This document shows positions 20,454 through 26,995 of a DNA stretch of 26,995 nt, piece after piece. Under the pieces are notes generated by a model. The model was not told where the DNA came from. It saw only the letters and a program-made list of their open reading frames with translations, and made no database searches. Within the stretch, counting starts at the first letter, position 1; every line of letters starts with the position of its first letter. Location: contig JBDRKX010000062.1 of NCBI GenBank assembly GCA_043813605.1, forward strand, positions 1 through 26,995, written 5' to 3'. Both the position numbers and the translations under genes were made by a program. The DNA is from Elusimicrobiota bacterium. GTDB lineage: Bacteria; CG03; SLGR01; JBDRKX01.

Positions 20454-21699
20454 TCTGCTGCTCCAGATAATCCTCGATCAGACCTACACTGCCCTCAAAA
20501 AAATCCGATTCGAGATATTTTATGTAATTTCTGATCTCATCAACTTTTTTATTGAATATCTCCTTATTATTGGTAGAAACGGATTTTGCGGCAGGAAGTT
20601 TCAATTTAAGAAAGTTAACAGGTTTGCCATACCTTTCTATCTTGAAATCAAGATGAGGACCAGTTGCAAGACCGGTCATGCCTACATAGCCGATTAACTG
20701 CCCCTGCTTTACATTTACTCCTTTATTTATTCCTTTTGCATATCTGCTGAGATGGCCGTAATGGCTGGTATAAATTGAATTGTGTTTCACAATGACTGTC
20801 TTACCATAACCATTTTCCCATCCGACAAATACAACTTTCCCATTTCCTATAGATGATACCGGTGTGCCGGTGGGGGCAGCATAATCTATCCCGTAATGTG
20901 GTCTGACAATCTTCAAAATAGGATGCATCCTGTGTAAAGAAAAATAAGAACTTATCCTTTTATAATTCAAAGGCGCCTTTAAAAACTGTTTTCTGAATGA
21001 CTCCCCTTCTGAATTATAGTAATCCGGTAATTCTCCGTCATTGAACCTTATTGCCGTTAAATTCCCTGCATGTCCTTTGTATAAAGCAGCGATTATAGAT
21101 CCGTTCTCAACAGGTTCTCCATCCAGATAATACCTCTTGAACACGAGCTGGAACCTGTCTCCCGGCCGTACTTCTGTAAAGAAATCGATCTGCCACTGGA
21201 ATATCTCGGTAAAATTCATTATCATCCTGGTTTCTATACCGCAATTCTGCATTCCCCCGTAAAGGCTGCTGTTAATAACACCTTTTACTGCAGCAAGTTT
21301 TTCTTCCGTCTCCGGAATAAATTTACTTACAATAAAACCGTAAGTGGACCTGTCAGCGACATAATTGAGAAGCGGAGACGGCATATATATGAATTTAAGT
21401 ATGTTTCCGGAAGTGGAAGAATATACTTTATAGCTGTCTCCCGGCTTGATGTGTTTTGTATTGAGTTTTTCTGACAGCGCTTTACTGAGGGAAATGGTCT
21501 CTTTTATCGAAAAATCTCTGGTCAGTGCTTTATAGAGCGAATCGCCCTTTCCTATTTTACCGTCTTTTATAACTATTCCGAAATTATCTTTCAGCGGGAA
21601 TAAACGGTCTCCGATTTTACCCGCAAAAATAAAGATGAGTACCAGACAGGAAATCGCTATGAGCTCTAAAAGAATTTTCCTTAATTTGCTTTTCTTCAA
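20416..21699 (-). CDS. M23-family peptidoglycan DD-endopeptidase (MepM/Csd3-like) with N-terminal membrane anchor
   Basis: FQWQIDF...PGDRF; RISSYF..HRMHPIL; HYGIDYAAP (HxxxD); YGHLS; TGPHLDF; TTG start overlapping the upstream stop. Confidence 0.9.
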   Translation of the reverse strand: MKKSKLRKILLELIAISCLVLIFIFAGKIGDRLFPLKDNFGIVIKDGKIGKGDSLYKALTRDFSIKETISLSKALSEKLNTKHIKPGDSYKVYSSTSGNILKFIYMPSPLLNYVADRSTYGFIVSKFIPETEEKLAAVKGVINSSLYGGMQNCGIETRMIMNFTEIFQWQIDFFTEVRPGDRFQLVFKRYYLDGEPVENGSIIAALYKGHAGNLTAIRFNDGELPDYYNSEGESFRKQFLKAPLNYKRISSYFSLHRMHPILKIVRPHYGIDYAAPTGTPVSSIGNGKVVFVGWENGYGKTVIVKHNSIYTSHYGHLSRYAKGINKGVNVKQGQLIGYVGMTGLATGPHLDFKIERYGKPVNFLKLKLPAAKSVSTNNKEIFNKKVDEIRNYIKYLESDFFEGSVGLIEDYLEQQNGEALLKTGLPE

Positions 21700-22571
21700 T
21701 ATCCCTTCATTCTGCTCATTTCCAGCCTGCGGCGCGCTTCTTCCTCCTGTTTGTTGTAAGCGTTGAGTATGCCGAGTCCTACCTGGTTTCCGACAGTTGT
21801 CATGATTATCTCTTCCTCATTAGTGAATCTCATTTCAGTGCCCTTTTTCTCAACAATTATATATGCAAGGACATTGTTCTCTTCCTTAACAGGTATTCCC
21901 AGCACTGCACCCTGATTACTGTTATCCGTAATTAACTTACCGGCTGCCTGTTCTATCAGTTCAACGGCTCTTTCTTCACTGGTTACCTCAATACCTTTCA
22001 TGAAGGCAATGTCATACTGCTCTGTAAACGGATTCAGTATGAGTACCATTCCTCCTGATGCGTCATTGATATCATCTATCAGCCTGTTAAGGATCTGCTC
22101 GGACATTTCAGCCAGAGTATAGTTTCCACCGACTATTTTTCCTGTTTCGAAAACCGTGACAAAATGGTTGGATGTCGCTTTAAGTCTCCTTGACAACAGC
22201 TGGAGGCTGTTAAACAGGAAGTTTATACCGGGCCCCGGATGATCACAGATAAATTTCCTGAAATTCTCACTGCTTATACGGTATATCTTTGAATCCTGTC
22301 TGGCCACTGCGTCAGCTGTCCGCTTGGTATCATCAAACACGGCCATTTCTCCGAACGGCTGGCCGCTCGTGATTATACCGATTACCCTGTTCTGTTTTTT
22401 TATCTCGACTTCACCGTCTACAACTATGAATGTCGCATTTCCCTCTTCGCCTTCACTTATTATTTTATCCCCCGTTTTGTACTCTATTATCTCAATGATC
22501 TCCGAAAGTTCATTCAGATCTTCTTCAGGGAAAATACTGAATATGGATATTTTCTTCAGGCCGTCGATCAT
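21696..22571 (-). CDS. Cyclic-nucleotide-binding domain plus GAF-like domain protein, with no DNA-binding output
   Basis: IISEGEEGNATFIVVDGEVEI...GQPFGEMA...RTADAVA; C-terminal LGIPVKEENNVLAYIIV...FTNEEEIIMTTVGNQVGLGILNA. Confidence 0.85.
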   Translation of the reverse strand: MIDGLKKISIFSIFPEEDLNELSEIIEIIEYKTGDKIISEGEEGNATFIVVDGEVEIKKQNRVIGIITSGQPFGEMAVFDDTKRTADAVARQDSKIYRISSENFRKFICDHPGPGINFLFNSLQLLSRRLKATSNHFVTVFETGKIVGGNYTLAEMSEQILNRLIDDINDASGGMVLILNPFTEQYDIAFMKGIEVTSEERAVELIEQAAGKLITDNSNQGAVLGIPVKEENNVLAYIIVEKKGTEMRFTNEEEIIMTTVGNQVGLGILNAYNKQEEEARRRLEMSRMKGY

Positions 22572-23635
22572 ACTTTACCTCCCTGCATGCAAAACTGTCT
22601 CAAAAGATTCGCGTTATTTGCTTTTGTAAGAGCTGAATCGAATGTTATTGTACCCTTATTTACGAGAAGTGAAAGATCCTTGTCAAGACTCTTCATGCCG
22701 AATTTCCCGCCTACTTCTATTGCATTGTATATCTGGTGCGTTTTCCCTTCCCTTATAAGATTTGCAATAGCCGCATTCACTATCATCAACTCGCGGGCAG
22801 CGACACGGCCCTTACCCTCCGCAAGCGGGACAAGCTGCTGACAGATAACAGCCCTTAGTACAACAGAGAGCTGGGTCCTTACCTGCTGCTGCTGAAACGG
22901 CGGGAATACGTCGATTATCCTGTCAACTGTCTGTGCAGCATCCGTCGTATGCAGTGTCGCAAAAACCAGATGCCCTGTTTCCGCAAGCGTCAGAGCAGCA
23001 CCGATCGTCTCAAGATCACGCATCTCTCCTATGAGGACTATATCCGGATCCTGCCTCATAGCCCGTTTAAGAGATTCTTTGAAATTATTGGAATGGCTGC
23101 CGATTTCTCTTTGTGTAACAACACAGTTAAGTTTCGGATATACATATTCAATAGGATCTTCAATCGTGAGAATATGTTCTTTCCTTTCTGTGTTTATCAG
23201 GTTTATCATGCTCGCCAATGTCGTGGATTTGCCGCTTCCGGTGGGTCCGGTAACAAGTATCATACCGCGCGGAGTCTTTGTCAGATTTATAATAATATCT
23301 GTCAATCCTACTTCTTCGGGACTGGGAATATCGGTCGGTATAACCCTGAGGACCGCCGCAAGCCCGTCTTTCTGTTCCAGGACATTGACTCTGAATCTCC
23401 CTATAGTCTCAGCGCTCAGAGAAGTGTCAAGCTCGCCTTCCAGTTTGAATTTTTCGATCAGTTTTTCCGTAAGTGCTCCGAAAATTATTCTCTGAGTATC
23501 TTGCTTGGAAAGCGGATCCACATTCAATGCGCGCATCTCTCCGTTTATCCTCAGGAAAGGCGGCCGCTCCGGCACTATGTGAATGTCCGATGCGCCGTAT
23601 TTAACCGCCGCCTGCAGTAATTCCATTATGTCCAT
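22568..23635 (-). CDS. pilT: Type IV pilus retraction ATPase (PilT/PilU family)
   Basis: ASDIH; RFRVN; Walker A GPTGSGKST; TIEDPIE; RQDPD..LIGEMRD; GHLVFATLHT; AIANLIRE. The start is placed at ATG 23635 (7 nt from GGAGG) rather than TTG 23641. Confidence 0.93.
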   Translation of the reverse strand: MDIMELLQAAVKYGASDIHIVPERPPFLRINGEMRALNVDPLSKQDTQRIIFGALTEKLIEKFKLEGELDTSLSAETIGRFRVNVLEQKDGLAAVLRVIPTDIPSPEEVGLTDIIINLTKTPRGMILVTGPTGSGKSTTLASMINLINTERKEHILTIEDPIEYVYPKLNCVVTQREIGSHSNNFKESLKRAMRQDPDIVLIGEMRDLETIGAALTLAETGHLVFATLHTTDAAQTVDRIIDVFPPFQQQQVRTQLSVVLRAVICQQLVPLAEGKGRVAARELMIVNAAIANLIREGKTHQIYNAIEVGGKFGMKSLDKDLSLLVNKGTITFDSALTKANNANLLRQFCMQGGKV

Positions 23636-23694
23636 AGTCAAACCTCCGCTGAATTTATCCAGTATTTACTTCAGAATCCAGTTAATGTTTGATA

Positions 23695-23723
23695 ATTATA
23701 GCACAAATAATGCTGGTTGTAAA
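23695..23723 (-). promoter_or_regulatory. Sigma70-type promoter proximal to pilT (extended -10)
   Basis: TTTACA, 17 bp spacer, TATAAT preceded by TGn. Confidence 0.65.
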
Positions 23724-23727
23724 TCTC

Positions 23728-23803
23728 AATTTTCACGAAGAATTTTCACGAAGAACTTCTGGCAGGAATTTTAGCAGGAACATCCGCAAAGAACATTTGG
23801 CAG
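23728..23803. repeat. Degenerate 12-13-bp tandem repeat, 6 units
   Basis: aattttcacgaag x2, aacttctggcagg, aattttagcagg, aacatccgcaaag, aacatttggcag. Confidence 0.6.
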
Positions 23804-23905
23804 AATATGATATCTATTCAATACGGCACTTTTTAATAAAAAAAGATTAGTTTGAAATATATAGAAACTTTGTTTTTTTATACGGTGTTACCCCCCACAG
23901 GAATT

Positions 23906-23934
23906 ATTATAAATAAATTTTTATTAAATGTCAA
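23906..23934 (-). promoter_or_regulatory. Perfect-consensus sigma70 promoter facing pilT
   Basis: TTGACA (23934-23929), 17 bp spacer, TATAAT (23911-23906). Confidence 0.7.
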
Positions 23935-23967
23935 CTTGTGGTGAACATGAATCCTGTAAGTTATGCG

Positions 23968-24264
23968 TACGGCTGGAAGCTTAAAACAGCTGTAAGATGT
24001 AAGTTGTAAGCTGTAAGATGTAAGTTGTAAGCTGTAAGTTTTAAGCTTTGGAATGTAATTTTATGATAAAAAAGTGCGTAGATTTTTTGTTATTGATCTT
24101 GTCTTTCAGCTTACGGCTTGAAGCTTGAAACAGCTGTAAGTTGTAAGCTGTAAGATGTAAGTTTTAAGCTTTGGAATGCAATTTTATGATGAAAAATGGC
24201 GTGGATTTTTTGTTATTGATCTTTTATTTAAGCTTACGGCTTGAAGCTTACAACTTATAGCTTA
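23968..24264. repeat. Tandem doublet of the heptamer-arm element (units of 144 and 123 bp plus a terminal arm)
   Basis: Units start at 23968, 24112 and 24235 with tacggct(g/t)gaagctt. Heptamer arrays ((N)TGTAAG copies ending in TTTTAAG) have 8 and 5 units. The AT-rich cores are near-identical. Confidence 0.85.
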
Positions 24265-24268
24265 TATA

Positions 24269-24393
24269 TGGAGCGGGCGATGGGGTTCCTTCTCCTTCAT
24301 TGCCTTATCTCCCATTCACTCAAAGCCGGCCTGCCTCGCTGACGGCATCCTGCCTTTTCACGCACTGCGTGCGCTCGTCAGGCTTCGAACCCC
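24269..24393 (-). other. Duplicated 3' end of tRNA-Gly (att-like) with a 98-bp insert in the T-loop
   Basis: 24269-24288 is identical to 24456-24475 (20 bp including CCA); the other T-stem arm resumes at 24387-24393. Confidence 0.8.
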
Positions 24394-24455
24394 TTCTATT
24401 CATAATATTGTTTTATTCTATTTCTTTGTCTGAAATGTATACTTAAGGCAGGATT

Positions 24456-24530
24456 TGGAGCGGGCGATGGGGTTCGAACCCACGGCCTTCTCGTTGGCAA
24501 CGAGACGTTCTCCCACTGAACTACGCCCGC
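24456..24530 (-). tRNA. tRNA-Gly (GCC)
   Basis: GCGGGCGTAGTTCAGTGGGAGAACGTCTCGTTGCCAACGAGAAGGCCGTGGGTTCGAACCCCATCGCCCGCTCCA: cloverleaf, anticodon GCC, encoded CCA. Confidence 0.97.
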
Positions 24531-24537
24531 TCTCTAT

Positions 24538-25719
24538 TCAGTTATCAAGCACTTTAATACCAGGAAGCTCTTTTCCCTCAAGAAATTTTAAACTTGCACC
24601 GCCTCCTGTAGATATATGTGTAAAACCTTTAGTGTCTATTCCCAGGTTCTTTATTGCAGAAACTGTGTCACCTCCACCCGCAATCGAAGATGCACCGTTA
24701 CTAGTGGCTTCTACTATCGCCTGAAGGACACTCTTTGTCCCTTTTGAAAAATTCTCGACCTCAAAAACGCCCATAGGGCCATTTATTACAATTGTCCGGG
24801 CCCCCTGTATCTTCTTGGCGTATCTCTCTCTTGTTTCCAGGCCGATATCGACACCCATGAGGTCCTTCGGTATATCCACTTCAGTTATCTCGACACTGTT
24901 GGGATCATCAAGGCTGGCAGCAGCGACATGATCAGTCGGCATATCCAGATCGACATTATACTCCCGGGCTTTACTCAATATCATCTGCGCCGTAGAGATA
25001 TTATTCTCGTCCAGAAGCGATTTTCCTATTTCTTTTCCTCCAGCTTTAAGCAGCGTATAAGCCATACCTCCGCCAATAAGTATTATATCAGCCTTCTCCA
25101 GCATTTTTTCTATGACCGGTATCTTTGTTTCAAGTTTTGCACCGCCGAGACATACTACCAGAGGATGTTCTGGATCAAGGCCCATAGATAAATATTTTAT
25201 CTCTTTTTCGAGCAGCATCCCTGCTGCTGATGGCAGCAATTCAGCTACTCCTACCATTGACGCATGTTCCCTGTGAACCGTTCCAAACGCATCCTGAACA
25301 AAGAGATCAGCCAGAGATGCCAGTGACTTGGCAAATTCAGAGTCGTTATTCTTCTCACCGGGATAAAAACGCAGATTTTCCAGCAGAAGAACATCTCCGG
25401 GTTCAAGAGATGACGCAAGCCGGGAAGTCTCATCTCCCAGAACCTCTTCTGCAAACCATACGCTGATGCCCAGCAGTTCGCTGAGCCTGTCAGCGACCGG
25501 TCTGAGCGAATACTCATCTACCCGTTTGCCTTCAGGCCTGCCCAGATGGCTCACAAGTATGACAGCAGCGCCTTTTTTCAGCAATTTTTTAATTGTCGGA
25601 AGAGCTTCTGTTATCCTTGTGTCATCCTGTATAACACCGTCTTTGAGCGGCACATTGAAATCACAGCGAACCAGTACTTTTTTCCCCGCGACTTCGAGAT
25701 TCTCAATAGTTTTCAGCAT
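24538..25719 (-). CDS. pgk: Phosphoglycerate kinase
   Basis: VRCDFNVP; SHLGRP; LLENLRF; DAFGTVHR; NGPMGVFE; GGGDT; HISTGGGASL. Confidence 0.98.
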   Translation of the reverse strand: MLKTIENLEVAGKKVLVRCDFNVPLKDGVIQDDTRITEALPTIKKLLKKGAAVILVSHLGRPEGKRVDEYSLRPVADRLSELLGISVWFAEEVLGDETSRLASSLEPGDVLLLENLRFYPGEKNNDSEFAKSLASLADLFVQDAFGTVHREHASMVGVAELLPSAAGMLLEKEIKYLSMGLDPEHPLVVCLGGAKLETKIPVIEKMLEKADIILIGGGMAYTLLKAGGKEIGKSLLDENNISTAQMILSKAREYNVDLDMPTDHVAAASLDDPNSVEITEVDIPKDLMGVDIGLETRERYAKKIQGARTIVINGPMGVFEVENFSKGTKSVLQAIVEATSNGASSIAGGGDTVSAIKNLGIDTKGFTHISTGGGASLKFLEGKELPGIKVLDN

Positions 25720-25730
25720 AACCGGCCTGT

Positions 25731-26735
25731 TTACCCCAGATCAACGATCTTCTTCATCAGATCGACGCACCGGCATGAATATCCCCACTCATTGTCATAC
25801 CAGGAAATAACCTTTATCATATTCCCTCCTATAACGCTGGTTGAAAGCGCGTCAAAGATCGAGGATTCCGGCTGCCCGATTATGTCCGCTGACACTATAG
25901 GGTCTTCAGTATATTCCAGTATGCCTTTAAGTTCTCCTTCAGAAGCTTCTTTCATAGCTGCGTTGATCTCTTCTACCGTTGTATCTTTTTCGAGCTCAGC
26001 CACGAAATCCACTATTGACCCTACCGGTATAGGGATCCTCATCGCCATACCGTCCAGTTTACCGTTCAGTTCCGGTATAACTTTACCTACCGCTTTCGCA
26101 GCGCCTGTAGTCGTGGGAATGATACTCACTGCGGCTGCCCGTGAACGCCTAAGATCGCTATGCGGAAAATCAAGTACGTTCTGGTCGTTTGTATACGCAT
26201 GAATCGTTGTCATCAGACCTCTCTTTACGCCGAATTTATCATTGAGGACCTTGACCACGGGTGCAAAACAGTTTGTAGTACATGATGCATTGGATATGAT
26301 CTTATGTTCTGCGGTTAATGTACCGCAGTTAACACCCATTACAATTGTTGCATCTATTTCATCCTTGGCGGGTACAGAAAGCAGCACTTTTTTAGCTCCG
26401 GCTTCAATGTGTTTCTGTATCTGTTCTCTCTTTCTGAAAACACCTGTCGACTCAAGAACTATATCAACTTCCATCTCTCCCCACGGGAGATTTGCGGGAT
26501 CTTTTTCAGAAAGGATTTTGATCTTTTTTCCGTCAATTAATATGCAGCCATCACCCGCTTTTACATTGCTCGGATACCTGCCGTATACTGAATCGTATTT
26601 TAAGAGATGCGCAAGTGTAACCGGATCAGTAAGGTCATTGATAGCCTTAACCTCGAATCCTCCTACTTCCATCATTCTCTTAAAAACCTGCCTGCCGATT
26701 CTACCAAATCCATTAATTCCTACATTGATCGTCAT
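25731..26735 (-). CDS. gap: Type I glyceraldehyde-3-phosphate dehydrogenase
   Basis: [49 protein letters not shown]. Confidence 0.98.
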   Translation of the reverse strand: MTINVGINGFGRIGRQVFKRMMEVGGFEVKAINDLTDPVTLAHLLKYDSVYGRYPSNVKAGDGCILIDGKKIKILSEKDPANLPWGEMEVDIVLESTGVFRKREQIQKHIEAGAKKVLLSVPAKDEIDATIVMGVNCGTLTAEHKIISNASCTTNCFAPVVKVLNDKFGVKRGLMTTIHAYTNDQNVLDFPHSDLRRSRAAAVSIIPTTTGAAKAVGKVIPELNGKLDGMAMRIPIPVGSIVDFVAELEKDTTVEEINAAMKEASEGELKGILEYTEDPIVSADIIGQPESSIFDALSTSVIGGNMIKVISWYDNEWGYSCRCVDLMKKIVDLG

Positions 26736-26792
26736 CTGATATCTCCTTTCCGTTCAATAAATAAAAGTTATATCCCTACGCGTGAAACATTT

Positions 26793-26820
26793 ATTTTATG
26801 TATTTTTTTAAAAGTGTCAA
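26793..26820 (-). promoter_or_regulatory. Sigma70-type promoter for gap-pgk
   Basis: TTGACA (26820-26815), 16 bp spacer, TAAAAT (26798-26793). Confidence 0.65.
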
Positions 26821-26840
26821 CTCTGCGAATCAAATCATCT

Positions 26841-26918
26841 AAAATGTAACCCGGAGGGCATTCGTCGACTCATTTGAAAATGTAACCCAGATAAAGCCTT
26901 TCACATATAATGTACCCC
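26841..26918. repeat. Three 12-bp direct repeats
   Basis: aaaatgtaaccc at 26841 and 26877; ataatgtacccc at 26907. Confidence 0.55.
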
Positions 26919-26995
26919 ATGGAGGGTCGCATTATGAAGTTACAATTTAGAATGAACTATTTGCACAAAATTTATCACAGATATCACAAAGCATT

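Noticed and set aside
22949..23620. 223-aa plus-strand ORF
   Set aside because: Lies antisense to the well-supported pilT and has no recognisable motifs.
23968..24264. CRISPR array
   Set aside because: The would-be spacers are near-identical to each other, the repeats vary by heptamer number, and no cas genes are present.
24269..24455. Second, intron-containing tRNA gene
   Set aside because: No D-arm, anticodon arm or 5' acceptor strand lies upstream of the T-arm copy, and the insert is too short for a group I intron.
24455..24724. ORF beginning MERAMGFEPTAFSLATRRS
   Set aside because: Translation of the tRNA-Gly reverse complement and of antisense pgk.
25546..26739. Plus-strand ORFs of 218 and 165 aa
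   Set aside because: Antisense shadows of gap/pgk.

Overview
Gene-dense chromosomal window from a diderm, probably anaerobic bacterium. The paired CTD/PorV-like genes suggest an Elusimicrobiota-like lineage, but this is inference only. The + strand (1-3493) carries the end of a large Ig-like surface protein with a T9SS-type C-terminal sorting domain (CTD), followed by a PorV/PorQ-like barrel gene. The remaining genes are on the - strand: gap-pgk-tRNA-Gly(GCC); a repeat-rich intergenic region; pilT, a cNMP/GAF protein, an M23 peptidase, UPF0280, COG1900, DUF4139, a NIL-ferredoxin and a non-Cys thi4; a second CTD + PorV-TPR pair; and an FMN-riboswitch-led run ribD-ribE-ribBA-ribH-nusB-ligA followed by three coiled-coil/TPR/HEAT genes. 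The most notable signals are: (1) two dedicated cargo-CTD / PorV-TPR gene pairs, one cargo carrying an HFS putative autoproteolysis motif just before its CTD; (2) an archaeal-type sulfide-assimilation cluster joined to a sulfide-using Thi4; (3) three copies of a small element with heptamer-repeat inverted arms; (4) a duplicated tRNA-Gly 3' end whose T-loop is interrupted by a 98-bp structured insert.
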